Source of the DNA: Macrostomum lignano
Lineage: Eukaryota
Direction of reading: 5' to 3'
Length of the DNA: 64,000 bases
Assembly: GCA_002269645.1 (NCBI GenBank)
Contig: NIVC01001636.1
Coordinates: 1 to 64,000, forward strand
Positions 50,031 through 62,700 of the stretch are shown one piece after another. The notes beneath the pieces are model-generated. The model saw nothing but the letters and a program-made list of their open reading frames with translations, made no database searches and was not told where the DNA came from. The stretch's first letter is position 1. Each line of letters starts with the position of its first letter. The position numbers and the translations under genes are program-made.

Positions 50031-53000
50031 TGACATACGCTCGTGCAATAGTCTATGGCCGCTGCGCCCAAATGCCACCTCCCTCATCCCTTCCTAATAT
50101 ATAAGTGTCCTAGTTTCATAATCTTGTTACAAGCCCCGCTAGCATTAATGTGGTCCTAAAGCCAAATAAACAAGCAAAGCAAGATACGAGCTTCGTTATT
50201 CATCAAGCACTAGAGTTGCCAGCAGAGCATCACAATGGCGTCGCAAGCACTTGGACGCATCGAACTCTCAGAACCTGAGCGCGCCCTGACATGGCTAACA
50301 GCATTCCGTGCGCTCGCTCGAGCCAAGAAATGGAAAGATGAAGGCACCAACAGAGAAATTGCGGATAACTTTCTAGCACTATGCGGATTGCCAGCACTTG
50401 AAAAGCTAACATCTCTGGTGGCCCCAAAGAAGATCGACGAATTGGAGTTTTCTGCAATCGAGGCCGCCATTCAAAGTTACCTTCAACCAAAGACGCGCAT
50501 CACCATTGCCGAGCGAACTCGCTTCTACACCATCCGGCAACAGCACGACGAGTCTCTTCCGGATTACCTCTCGCGCCTAAGAAAGGCCGCCCAACATTGC
50601 AAATTCGACTCGCTGAAAGAGGCAGAAAGCCCAGAAGAGGTCATGATTCAACTGGCGTTAGTCGCTGGCATGCACTGTCCCACAACACAGCAAAAAGTTC
50701 TAGAAGCTATGCAGATCAAGGAGCTGTCGGTCGAGGAAATCGTAGATTTTGTTGCCCAGATCAAGCAAGTGAAAGAGTTCGTGTCCAAACAAGCCTCCAC
50801 GCCGTTCACGACCTCCCCACCAAAGGAAACTGTTCCGGAGATTCACCATGGCTCTTTGGCTACAAAGAACAACTTTACCACTCCGCACAAGATTGGACCA
50901 CGCACTGGACATTGTGGCTACTGCGGTCAAGTCCATGTTGCTGGAAAGTGTCCAGCGTTTGGAAAAACCTGCAGCAAATGCTCAAAACCAAACCACTTTG
51001 CATCAGTATGTCGATCCTCCCGACCACGCCAGCTCCACAACGTCGAGGAGCTCTCAAACGCAGACACGCCGCAACCAGATACCACGTCCCTTCTTCACCT
51101 TGGGGACGCGGACACGATTCACGCTATCGACTCGACACTGGAAAACATAGGCATCAATGGTGCTCAAATCCCAATGCAAGTAGACACCGGTGCTGCGGTG
51201 AGGGTCATTTCAAGCACTCTCTGGGAGTCACTCCGCCGCCCGGCCCTCCAGAAGTGTCATCGCCGTCTTCAAGCCTACGATGGCCACACGCTTAAAGTCC
51301 TCGGCAAGTTATCAACCGCCATTGAGCTTCGCGGCAAGTTTCACCCTGCTGAACTGATCGTTGTACAGGCCTCTAAGACATTCGGTCTGTTAGGCCGTGA
51401 CTTATTGGACTCAGCGCAAGTCCACAGCACATGCTCCACTAGCATCGGTAACAGCGTGGATGCCCTACCCGTGATTAAAGGCATCAAGGCCAAAATGGAG
51501 ACCATCGCTGGTGCCACTCCGAGGTTTTGCCGTGCGCGTCCCGTGCCTGTCGCCCTGGAATCCTCCATCAACGCTGAATTGGACAGGCTGCAGCAGCTGG
51601 GCGTGATAGAACCAGTTGACGGCCCGGTGAGCAATGCTTCTCCTGTCGTCTGGGTCAAAAAGAAAGATGGAACCCTAAGGATGTGCGCTGACTACAGCGT
51701 TCACGTCAACGCAAAGATCAAGTCAGAGGACTATCCCATCCCTAGCGTGGAGCACCTATTTTCCAAACTAAAAAACGCCAAGAAGTTCGCCAAAGTAGAC
51801 CTGAGGTCGGCCTATTGGCAGATAGAATTGGACGAGGCTGCTCAGGATCTCTCAATAATTAACACATCCAAAGGATTATTTCGCGTGAAAAGACTTCAGA
51901 TGGGGATGAAGAATGCATCTTTTATTTTTCAGCGCGCGATGGAAAGTATTCTGTCAGACCTAAAGGGCGTTCTCATCTACCAAGACGACGTATTAGTTTT
52001 CGCCGAAAACAGTGATTCACTACAGAAAAGACTTCGTGCTGTGAAGACTAGGCTGGCAGAAAAGCATGTCACCATCAACGAAAGCAAATGCATCGAGGCG
52101 ACTGATGAAATATCATTTCTGGGATTTAAAATTTCTGCTGCTGGCATCCAACCCGATGATCGATTGGTTGAGAAAATCCGCAGCATCGCACAACCTAAAG
52201 ACAAGAAGGAGCTGGAACGATTTGTTGGTCTAATAAACTTCTTTGGAAGGCTAGTACCCAATTTCTCTGGAAAGATCCAGCCGCTAAATCGACTGCGCAG
52301 AGCGGACGCCAACTTTCAGTGGACAGCTGAGTGTGACCGAGCCTTCAGACAACTCAAGACGGAGATTGCCTCTCAACCCATAGTCCAGCCATACTCATTA
52401 GAAAAGGAACTCACTCTTACCACAGATGCCTCCAAGGGAGCACTTGCAGGAGTGGTCACGCAAGATGGCCATCCAGTGATCTATATTTCTCGGTGTCTTT
52501 CTACTGCCGAACAAAACTATTCGAACATAGAGCGAGAAGCCCTTGCCGTTTTTTGGGCAGTCAGCCGGCTGAAGCACTATTTACTGGGCCGCCACTTTAC
52601 AATACAGACGGATCATAAGCCTCTCGAACAGCTCTTCGGCCAGTCTCGCGGGGTGCCGCTGAACACCTCCGCTCGCATTAGCAGATGGGCACTCGCGATG
52701 ATGCACCTTGACTACACCATACGCTATATACCAGGAGAGAAGATTCCACATGCCGATGCGCTTTCTCGCCTACGCTTCACTGACTCATCTAACGATTCGG
52801 CGGAAGTCTGCGAAGCCATTGATTGCGTTGCCTTCGAGCCGTCTGTCATTTCCAGGAACCGGGTTGCCGCAGAGCTAGAGTTGGATGAGCTCATAAAAAA
52901 AGTGATGCACCGAGTTCGCTCGGGAAACTGGGCTGGCTGTTCTCAGGCTGAGAAACCATTCCAGGCCGTATCGCAATGCCTAACTATCGAGGACGGCTTA

Positions 53001-54361
53001 CTGTTCAAGGGTCGCCAGGTCTACATTCCGCCAAGACTGCGGAAAGAAGCTTTTCGTGCAGCGCATGACACTCACTCTGGGTCTCTGGCGACACTCAACT
53101 TCATGAGCTTGTCCTGCTGGTGGCCTGGAATGCGCGCTGACATCGAGCGATTTGTCAGCCAGTGTGATGTATGCAACAGGCTGCGGCCCAGATTGGGGAA
53201 GACCAGAGACACCTGGCCATCGACTGAATACCCGTTTCAAAAGCTTCACGTTGACTGGGCGTACGTAAAGAATGTTGGAAACATCCTGATAGCAGTCGAC
53301 TCTCACTCTGGTTGGATCGAGGCCTTTCCCTGTAAAGATCGATCCACAGACCAGATCATTAAATGCCTCAGAACTGTTTTCACACGCTTTGGTGTGCCTG
53401 AACTTTTAGTTTCGGACAATGCTCCGGAGTTCGTCAGCGATTCACTGAGGAGCTGGCTGCACCAAAATGGCATAAAGAAGATGGAATCCCCAACTTATTA
53501 TCCCCAGGCCAATGGATCGGCTGAGCGAGCAGTCCAGACAGTCAAACGAGCTCTGCGGGCCTGGAACGAACGAACCACCCACGCTGAATTTGTTCCCTAT
53601 CTACAGCGATTGCTGTTTCATCACCGAAACTCATCTACGTGTAGGGGCAAGACGCCAGCTGAGATTGTTTTCGGACGCCAACTACGCGCTCCTGTAGTCT
53701 CCACGTTCAACCAAGGCGAGCGCGTTCTGTATCAGCCAACTTCGGACGTTCCACCCTCCACTGTCGAATACGTGATGAACCGAGGACGCAACACGGCCTT
53801 CGTGTTGGACGGAGCGAACTGCGTTTGGCAAGCGACAACCAACTTGCTCCACTGCCACACGACGATGAAGAATCAATGGCAGGAGATCCCGCAGACACGG
53901 AGGCAGGGAACCCCAGCGACAATTCGAACCAAGGCGCGCAAGAACAAGAAGCAGGTGGAATTCGCCGTAGCACCCGGATGCGTCGCCAACCAGACCGCTA
54001 CTCCTCATGACTGCTAAAAAACGCATTAGCTACACATTACGAGTAACCAAAATGAAACCTGACACGCTGAATTTGAATTAGTTATCTGTTGAGTTCCTAA
54101 CATAAAGTTTACATTGTTCGGAGACATAGTTCAACTCTTTCCTTCTGGAGGGAGACATGACATACGCTCGTGCAATAGTCTATGGCCGCTGCGCCCAAAT
54201 GCCACCTCCCTCATCCCTTCCTAATATATAAGTGTCCTAGTTTCATAATCTTGTTACAAGCCCCGCTAGCATTAATGTGGTCCTAAAGCCAAATAAACAA
54301 GCAAAGCAAGATACGAGCTTCGTTATTCATCAAGCACTAGAGTTGCCAGCAGAGCATCACA
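50031..54361 (+). mobile_element. Full-length young Ty3/Gypsy (Mag-like) LTR retrotransposon
   Basis: Identical 204-bp LTRs (50031-50234 and 54158-54361), 5-bp TSD CTTAT, PBS-like TGGCG after the 5' LTR, and PPT ggagggaga before the 3' LTR. Confidence 0.97.
50235..54017 (+). CDS. Single gag-pol polyprotein (Gag-2xZnK-PR-RT-RNaseH-IN), 1260 aa
   Basis: CGYCGQVH..C and CSKCSKPNHFASVC knuckles, VDTGA protease, YQDD RT, TDAS RNase H, HHCC plus DDE integrase. Apparent frameshift at ~53820 in the C-terminal tail. Confidence 0.96.
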   Translation: MASQALGRIELSEPERALTWLTAFRALARAKKWKDEGTNREIADNFLALCGLPALEKLTSLVAPKKIDELEFSAIEAAIQSYLQPKTRITIAERTRFYTIRQQHDESLPDYLSRLRKAAQHCKFDSLKEAESPEEVMIQLALVAGMHCPTTQQKVLEAMQIKELSVEEIVDFVAQIKQVKEFVSKQASTPFTTSPPKETVPEIHHGSLATKNNFTTPHKIGPRTGHCGYCGQVHVAGKCPAFGKTCSKCSKPNHFASVCRSSRPRQLHNVEELSNADTPQPDTTSLLHLGDADTIHAIDSTLENIGINGAQIPMQVDTGAAVRVISSTLWESLRRPALQKCHRRLQAYDGHTLKVLGKLSTAIELRGKFHPAELIVVQASKTFGLLGRDLLDSAQVHSTCSTSIGNSVDALPVIKGIKAKMETIAGATPRFCRARPVPVALESSINAELDRLQQLGVIEPVDGPVSNASPVVWVKKKDGTLRMCADYSVHVNAKIKSEDYPIPSVEHLFSKLKNAKKFAKVDLRSAYWQIELDEAAQDLSIINTSKGLFRVKRLQMGMKNASFIFQRAMESILSDLKGVLIYQDDVLVFAENSDSLQKRLRAVKTRLAEKHVTINESKCIEATDEISFLGFKISAAGIQPDDRLVEKIRSIAQPKDKKELERFVGLINFFGRLVPNFSGKIQPLNRLRRADANFQWTAECDRAFRQLKTEIASQPIVQPYSLEKELTLTTDASKGALAGVVTQDGHPVIYISRCLSTAEQNYSNIEREALAVFWAVSRLKHYLLGRHFTIQTDHKPLEQLFGQSRGVPLNTSARISRWALAMMHLDYTIRYIPGEKIPHADALSRLRFTDSSNDSAEVCEAIDCVAFEPSVISRNRVAAELELDELIKKVMHRVRSGNWAGCSQAEKPFQAVSQCLTIEDGLLFKGRQVYIPPRLRKEAFRAAHDTHSGSLATLNFMSLSCWWPGMRADIERFVSQCDVCNRLRPRLGKTRDTWPSTEYPFQKLHVDWAYVKNVGNILIAVDSHSGWIEAFPCKDRSTDQIIKCLRTVFTRFGVPELLVSDNAPEFVSDSLRSWLHQNGIKKMESPTYYPQANGSAERAVQTVKRALRAWNERTTHAEFVPYLQRLLFHHRNSSTCRGKTPAEIVFGRQLRAPVVSTFNQGERVLYQPTSDVPPSTVEYVMNRGRNTAFVLDGANCVWQATTNLLHCHTTMKNQWQEIPQTRRQGTPATIRTKARKNKKQVEFAVAPGCVANQTATPHDC

Positions 54362-56489
54362 CTTATCAACAAGCTCCTGGTGCGCGAGCGCAGAGTTGTA
54401 GTTTGGCTTAAAGCTTTCGCAGAATTTGGTATCATCAGTGATCATAAACCCGGAACTAATACCATTTAAGAGAAACTCTGCATCTCTGTCTTCATTAAGA
54501 TACTTCGACCATTCACAAAAGCGCATGTCACCACAGCTGGATGTAGGAAAATTATCAGGAATAAAATCGCGGATTGATGAACTATTTACAATGGCGGGCA
54601 GGCGGTCATCTATTTTTTTGACGCTGAAGCGTGCAGAAGACCCGGATGGTCCCTTCTGCAGATGACGCAAGCATGCTGAAATTTGCATTCCTCGCCGAAC
54701 TTACAGCCAGTGTCGCGGTTGAAGAGCAGGCAGATTTGGCGATTCCTCCTATTCTGTGGCTGTTTTCTACGCTGCAAGCTGCTATCTATGGCGATGAGTC
54801 GATTCGGAGTAAGCAAGTGTCGTGAGAGCAACTGGGAAGATTCGTTGTCCCAGTGACGACTGGTTTCATGCTGGAGTCTCCGAAAGCTGTCATCATAGAG
54901 CAGGAAATTACTGACGTCAAATCCACTATTCAGCAGGTCGCCTAACTGGCGGCTGTAGGAAAGGTACTCATGCAACCTTGGAGCAGCGCGCGCTTCCCAG
55001 TCAATCATCTCGCCAGATTCGATCAGGGACTGGAGAATTCTCGCATTCGCACTTATCCACTCGCCGATGCTAATCTGTTCCAGCGGCTTCTGTTTGGTAT
55101 TTGTTCCTTTCTTATTGCCAGCGCTGACATTTCCGGAGTCTTCGACGAAGTCAGGAATGAGAAGTGGCCCCCTCTTGGTGGGGTCAGCATCTTGCGCCAG
55201 GAGGGGAATATTCTCTAAGGCTGAATCTGCGGCGCCCCAGCTAACAGAAAAAGCTGGCTTACCCGTCTTCGTGTCATGGCGTCTGCCGCTGAGCTCGGCT
55301 GTCAACTCCGCTTCCTCCTTTTGGAGCCTCAGTAGCCTGGTGCGTTCCTCGGTCGCTTCGATCTCATCGCGCAGGTCCTGACCCTTCGTCGAGCGGTGGC
55401 GGTTGGGGGCGGTGGCTGGGGCTGCGGTTGGCTGTCGATCTCGCTTTCAGTTGATTCCTCTCGTCTGCTGGTTGAGTCGTCTTGTTCAGGGTCTCTACCT
55501 TGCAGACTTTTCAGACGCGCTAACAGAGTTCTCTTGTTACTAGTAGTTGACTGGCCAGCCGCGGAGAGTTGAGCTTTCAATTCTCGGGCTGTAAGTTTAG
55601 CAAGGCTAGCCATCGCGCAAAAATTAAGCAGGTGTGCCACACCGCGAGCAGAGCACAAGTTGGGGGTTAAAAAGCTAGCCACCCCTAACACCTACGGCAA
55701 CCTACGGCCGCCCACAAAGCACACTTCAATCAAGGAAAATCTGAATTTTTACGTCACCAATATCCTAAACCAATACTAGTAACCTCTACAGTCAAATTGA
55801 CAGCAAAAAGTATTAATGCAAAAATTTTCTACTTCAAATATGGGTCTGTATGCTAGACGGAGTGCCTTATTCTTGGTTGCTTTTAAAGGCAGCGCGACTT
55901 CCGCCCACGGTGACCTCGGCCTCCATTGAAGCATATGCATGAAAATGCATGCCCAAGCACCGTTCTGATAAAATGAAATGTTTTCAAAGTATCTAGCCAG
56001 GTATGTGATATATTTTCTTTTAGAATATTCTAAACCAGTTTTTGTGCGTTTGAGCAGAATCTACAATCAGCTACGGCGGTCTAAAATGAACGCTTTAGAT
56101 GATTTCAGCTAAGGAAGTACGAGTATAACAAAAGAACACTATGATCTCTCAATTACTAAATACTTGGCAATAGTTGCTCTGAATAAGGTTACTCATTTAT
56201 TGAACTTAAAAAATATTGACCAGAAAACAAAAATACAGAACTGAGCTACATATCTTATATTACTTTTTTAGTGCAAGTGGTGTTTATTGAACGTCCCACT
56301 TTTACGATAATATTTTAATATAGATTGAGATAAAATAGTTTTATGATCTTACTCCGAGGTAGCTAAGCCTAACTAAATCATTTATTGCCGTTAAGGCATG
56401 GTAAAGCCCAGATATTGTACTATTGAAACTGAAAAATGTAATTATAATGTTCAAATAAATTTCTGAGACGAAAACTGGAATACTCGTAA

Positions 56490-57480
56490 TCCTCAACTGT
56501 AACCACAACGAGGAAATATCTAAAATCAACGAAACTCTTCCTTAGCATATGCACACAGCATCTTTCTGTTGACTGTGTCACTATTGACTCAGCATTAATG
56601 TCGTTCATTTGTGGATATCGTAATCAAACAGGAATGAAACCGTGAGTGCTGAAGCGTGAGGAATCATTAAAACTCGCAATTGCGAGGCATCCTTCTACTT
56701 TCTGCTTTTACATTTGCGTGTTCTGCTAACAATCGAAAATCTAAGAAAGCATTTCTAGACAAACCTCTCAAGACCTCCTACCGCACGAAATGCCAATTAA
56801 AACGTGGCTCTCGAGACTTCGTCATTACGTTTGCTGAAATGGCAAACAGGCACTAAACATTTCTCTTTTATATTTCTATTTCAGAAAATTCATGTATGAC
56901 AAGTTTTTACTTTTTTGATAGAAAAGATTTGATTTTTTCTTTGGCACTTCGCGTATACAATGAAATAATGATAGATGTGGATGGTTTTGGTGTATCTTAT
57001 ATTTTAAATATTATCTAGATCAAGGCTGGCAAGCTCACCGCTGCGGACCACATGGAAGAGCAAATGGAGAGGGAATGAGATAGGGAAAAGAAGAAAGAGA
57101 AGATGACAGAAGAGAGGAGAGGTGAGAGATTCGATAAGAGAATAGAGGAGAGAGGAGAAGGGAGTAGAAATGAAAGAAGAGTTGAAAGCAGAGAAGAAAG
57201 AAGAGTGTCGGAGAGACTTGGGGACTTGGTGACTTGCGTAGAGACTTGAGCGGGCCGATGTCTCCTGACGGCAGAAAATTGGAAAGCTTCCACTCAGCTG
57301 TTCTAGGCAAGCTAGGACTCCTAAAAGTTACCGTTGAATCAGGACGTAGCGCATGTGTAAATATTGATCCCAATGTCTTGAAGACTCACTTTTTTACGTA
57401 AACTTTGCGATGTTTGTCTTCATCACTCCATCACGCAGCTGCATTGTTTTCGACTGCACGATATATCGCCTATACCTCGT
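56490..57480 (+). repeat. Second copy of the 11375-12670 non-coding block
   Basis: Colinear shared segments as listed for 11375-12670. Confidence 0.85.
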
Positions 57481-58279
57481 AGTCATTACTTGTAAAATTT
57501 TTTGAACAAACTTGTGCAAAAAGTTTTGATTTAAGATAAACTGATCCGGAGTTATGAGCATTTGAAGCTTAGTTGCAGAGGCCTTCAAGAGAATTGCAAT
57601 ATTGAGCCTGCCACTGCAGCTTCTAGTGGTTATTTTTTTCTATAGGACTGCATGGCAGCAACCTGGGAATGAATGAGGAAGTCTTCTTCATTACCGTTGA
57701 ACAGATTTTATTTCTCAGCAATGGTTTTCCATACAGATTCCTTTGAATACGATCAGAAACACTATTATGAAGATACGAGATAACAATGCAGTGACTAAAA
57801 AACGAATGCGAACAAAGCACTCCATAGTTTGTCGAAGAAGCCTACTTTATTGAAACAACTGTCGAAAATTATGTCTACGCATCTTCGTACTACTGTTGAA
57901 TTTCGATAGAGTACTATTGAACGCACATTACAGTCTGATATTGTTTTGTTAAATCTATAAACTTATCAAGAGGTTTGTGTGTTTTTTGAAGTTATGAATT
58001 GCCGCTCAGACTACTGACTGCATGATTTTACGAAGTAGACCGTAACGAATACAGCGAAAGAATCTTTTATTGTTATTGCCTTTGAATTAATTACATTACA
58101 GTATAGAGAGTTCTTATTTAAAATGATATAGGACATTGAGTACTAATCGGTAGAAAGCTCAAGTTTTAAAGAAAAGTAAAATACGACAATATACATTTAG
58201 CTAAGTTGTTAGAGCGTAATTATTTTTAAAATAAACAAAAGATAATCTAGTCTCAAAATGTTATTTAAGGTCTCTTAAA

Positions 58280-58359
58280 ACTCGTTCACACCTTCATCAG
58301 ATGAGTCCAATTGTTCGTAGCATTATTTCATTGTTTAACTCATTTCGGTGTGAACGAGT
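58280..58359. mobile_element. 80-bp MITE-like element
   Basis: Perfect 13-bp terminal inverted repeats ACTCGTTCACACC / GGTGTGAACGAGT. Confidence 0.55.
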
Positions 58360-58581
58360 CTTTGAGGTTTTACACTTCTGCATGAGTACATACACAAGTA
58401 CATTAAAATCAAGAAAAGAAAAATATTCAAATTTAGCTTGATGATGACCTTTCTCTTAAAAACAGCAAATAATATCAATAAGTTTGCTTTCAGAAAAAAA
58501 GTCTGGTTTGAATTTTTCAATTCAAACTGTTCAGCAGTTCAGGCAGTCGACTGCCTATAGGTTACGACATCCGCCTTTGGT

Positions 58582-58814
58582 TCAGCCACGAACAAACAGC
58601 TCACCCGCGGTGCTGTTCAACTCATTCGGCACCACAGAGAACTTGAGTAGATAACAGAGCTGCTGTTGCTGGGCAAAGATTACAGCCTGACAGCCGGTGT
58701 CGCACTGGTACAGGCACTCGCGTATGCTACCGGCATTTGAGATCCAGTGCGTGCTGTTCGGGACTCGGGTGCTGAAGTAGACCTTGTTGAAGCTGCGAGT
58801 AAATCGGTTCGTGT
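58582..58814 (-). CDS. Intact PAN/apple-like last exon of a further WSC-PAN family gene; exon 1 not found in the window
   Basis: TTTTAG|AC phase-1 acceptor, then TNRFTRSFNKVYFSTRVPNSTHWISNAGSIRECLYQCDTGCQAVIFAQQQQLCYLLKFSVVPNELNSTAGELFVRG*. Homologous to 7836-8065 and 47220-47446. Confidence 0.82.
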
Positions 58815-59268
58815 CTAAAATTTATATTGGTGAACCGGTTAAGGGACACTGTACATGTGTGATTCAATGTCGAAACGAAGCTCTAAAGGCCCTTTTACAC
58901 CGCCTTTAAATGAGGCCAATTTTCGAGTGATCACAAAATTTGAGTTGATGATTAAGCGTTCACACCGCCATCAACAGACTGATACTGAGGAGAATGACTG
59001 GGCTGAGGTTTAAAGGAGGGTGATGCAAGTTTTCCAATTAGTTGCGCGAACAATACTGTACGGGAATATCTCCAGCTGAGCCTGAATCGTACATATATAT
59101 TTTACTCTATTACATATATTACACTTTTTTATTGTTCTTTTTCCTGGTATTTCAATTGTTAGGCTGCCGAAGGTCGTTAAGAACAGGATTTCTTGCACCT
59201 TGTTTACCAGAGGTCCCAGCGGCAACCAACGGGTGCGCTGTTTTTTAATGCTTGCTCATTTCGTTTGT

Positions 59269-59693
59269 CAGGGGTCGGCAATCTTTTTTACCTCAAGGGC
59301 CAGATAGAGAACCTATAGAGCATGACTGCGGATGAGAGAGAATAAAAAAGAAAAAAGGAGATAGGAGAAATGAGAGGCGAGGAAATGAAGGAGCAAAGAG
59401 GAGACGAGAGGAGAGAGGAGAGATGAATTAGGTTAGGAGAGTAGAAAAGAGGAGAGAGAGAGGGAGATGAGGAAGGAGAGAGAGAGAGGAGATGAGGAAG
59501 GAGAGAGGAGAGAGGAGAGGAGAGAGAAGAGAGGAGAGCTGGAGAAGAGAGGAGAGAAGAGAGAAGAGCGCTGAGAAGAGACAAACATTCAAGGGCCGAA
59601 TTACTATTGTGCAGTTTCGAAGGACCTTGAAGGCCGGATAAAGAGGCTTTGCAGGCCGCATGTGGCCTGCGGGCCAGAGTTTGCCGCCCCCTG
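59269..59693. mobile_element. hAT (Charlie-like) MITE with internal GA-rich tract
   Basis: TIRs CAGGGGTCGGCAA / TTGCCGCCCCCTG and subterminal ggccgcatgtggcc.gcgggcc. No 8-bp TSD preserved. Confidence 0.7.
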
Positions 59694-59727
59694 ACTCCCA
59701 TGTGATGGAAAATAATAAAATAGTTAA

Positions 59728-62700
59728 TGTTGTGTATGAACTTAAGTTCTATGGTTTATGGGTGAAGCCTTATTCATATTTTAAGTATAGCAGCCAGCTA
59801 CTTCGCTGCGGAAAATATACGCGCTGCATGCATCTACGATCTCTTCCTAACTTGGCATCTTGCATTCGTCTTCGTTACTACGAAAGTACAACATGGCGAC
59901 GAGGAAAATTTAATTCGCCGCGGGACGATACTGCAGTCACCAAATCTTCATCCCGATGTCTTCCGGACTCGACTTCCGACTGGGGGAGATGCCGCTGTGC
60001 TACCCGATGTCGAACAGTATTTCAAGCGCCTCGGTTTTTACATTAGCGCAACGGAAAAGAATGACCAGAGCAAAGCCGTTCTACTTGCTACTTGTGGAGA
60101 TGCCGCATTTTCACTGATTGAGACACTTGTGCAGCCAGAAGACATTTTAAACGATACAAAGTGTACGTTCGATTTCATCAAAGAAGCGGTACTGAGCCAC
60201 TTGAAACCCAAGCGCCTTCTTCACTACGACAGACATCTGCTACATACCATGGTCCAAATACAGGGTGAGTCGGTGACAAAGTTTTTGGAGAGACTGAAGA
60301 CACAGGCCAACAAATGCGAATTCGGCAACCTGCGAGAAGAGTTAATTCTTTCTCAGTATATTTTCGGACTGGCTGATAATTCTCTGAAGCAAAAATTACT
60401 AGTGAAGGAAAAGCTGGATCTAGAGACTGCGGTTAAGGATAGTCTCTTATCGGAGTCCGTATCTCAAGCTACTGATTCGAGCAAAACCGTCGCAGCAGTG
60501 CAGAAAACCACTCACAAGAAGACCGGCAGCAACCAAAAGTATCCAACGGTATCCAGGCCAATGCCAACAACGCCGAATCATTCTAAGTCTAGCTGCCATT
60601 CCTGTGGTAACCCGGGTCATCTTAGAAATACCGCAAGTTCCGTAATGCGACATGTCACAAGTGCGGAAAAACCGGGCACATTGCCAGAGCATGCAGGTCC
60701 AACATCGGTGGCAGCAAGAAAGTCACGTACGCGGAAGTTGAAGCAACCGACGCTGATCCACCTGATTCAGCTGTGTACTCGGTGATCAAGGCTACTCCAT
60801 GCGACGAACTCTGGAAAATAGTCTGCACGATCGGTGATTCCACAGTCCATATGTGCGTCGACTCTGGTAGTCAGGTAACAATTTTGCCAGTAACCATCGT
60901 AGAGCAAGCCGGATTGCACATGGTTGACGCGGACATTCGATCACTCAAAGTTTTCGGGGGAGCTTCAGTTTCCGTACGAGGCATGGCTAAGGACGTCACG
61001 ATTGAGCTGAGAAACGGCAAAACGGCATGCGGAGACATATATGTCGGGGACCCATCCAGTCAAGCCATTTTAGGAATAAATTTTATTCGTGCCTTCAACC
61101 TATTGACGGTAGACGAATTTCTGTGCCATCCAGTGCAGTGTGATGAAAATTTAAGATTCCAGGCCAGCTTTCGCCTGAAGGACGGGGCCTCTACCGATGG
61201 AATGTGCTTTCCTGCCAGATCCCTTCCGTTCTCAATTAAAACTTTGGTTGAACTGGAGCTGAAAAGACTGGAAAGTGCAGGTACCATCTACCCAGTTCAC
61301 TCGCCTAAGGTATCGTGCCCTATTGTTCCTGTGTTGAAACCAGAAGGATCAAAGAGACCCATTAGACTGTATGGAGACTATTCAGTCACTCTCAACAGAC
61401 TGATAGACCGAGATCGATATCGACTGCCAACTTTGAAAGAAATCCTTCAAAAGATCCCAAATTCGAAAGTGTATTCAGTGCTTGACCTCGAAGACGCATT
61501 CTTGCAGATTCCCCTAACGCCAGAAAGTCAGATCTTACGTGTATTTCCACCCACGTAGGACATTTTGCCTTCCGCAAGTTACAATTTGGCATATCGGCAG
61601 CACCACTGATATTTCAGGAAGTTATGGATATCTTGCTCAAAGGAATACCAGGCACTGCTTCTTATCAGGACGACATCATTCTAGGCACTGAAACAATGGA
61701 GCAGCATCGACAGATCCTGGTGCAAGTCAAGGAAAAACTGAAAAAGCATGGATTCAAGATCAATGAGCGTAAGACTCAGGAGTGCAAGAAAGAAGTCACA
61801 TTTCTGGGATTTCTCCTCCGAGATGGGAAACTTTTGCCTGATCCTGCAAGAGTGGAAGCTCTATCCAACTTGTCAGAGCCAAAAGACCGGGATCAATTGA
61901 GAAGTGCTATATGCACCTTAAGACACTACGGGATTTTTTGTCGGAACTTCTCTATGATCGCCAAGCCGCTCTATTACCTCCTAAAGAAAGGGGTTCAGTG
62001 GAAATGGACTGTCGTTCACTCGAGTGCGTTCTCCCAACTGAAAGCTGCTGTAACGGAAGGTCGAATCGTTTCTTATGATATAAAAGGCCGTTGTTTCTAA
62101 CCTGCGACGCTTCTCAGAGTGGAGTCGGATTTGTGCTGTCCCACGACACGAACCAAAAAGAAGTTGTATGGCTGGGAAGCAGAGTTTTGACCAAGGCTGA
62201 GGCCAACTACGCCAACATTGAGCGGGAGGCTCTTGCAATTATCGAGGGTGTAAAATATTTTCATCAATTTCTGGCAGGCCGTCATTTTACAATCATCTCT
62301 GATCACAGACCTTTGCAGTACATCTTCTCTACAACAAAAGTTCCTGACCGAGTTTCTGCGAGACTCCAGAGATGGGCATTGCTGCTCAGATCCTATGACT
62401 ACACTGTCACTTACTCAAAAGGAGACACCATGCTCGCAGCAGTTACTCTGTCCAGAATTCCTTCAACAAACGCTTCTACTTCGTTTTCAAATTTTGATGT
62501 CAATCTTCTGGAGGTAAACTCTCTCGTAGAATTTTCTTCTTCTGGGACAATTCTTCGGCGTGTCGCCAACACCAGAGACCCTGAAATTGATATTATCAAG
62601 AAGTTTGTTACTCAAGGTTGGCCAAGCTAAATTTCTAAACAGCTGCTTCCGTACACCAAATCCAAGGCGGAATACTCCATTCAAAACGGGATTCTGTTCA

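Larger units (their letters stand above)
47721..55730 (-). mobile_element. Ngaro/PAT-like (DIRS order) tyrosine-recombinase retrotransposon, degenerate, interrupted by a Gypsy element
   Basis: SAP-like N-terminus from ATG 55613. Gag with a C-terminal Cys/His finger (54610-55305). RT split at 54362/50030 (KVDIKHAY, YLDD). YR at 48514-49008 (GMLR, RSKT). Split direct repeats: A 55631-55727 and 47918-48055; B 48056-48125 and 47721-47790. Confidence 0.9.
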
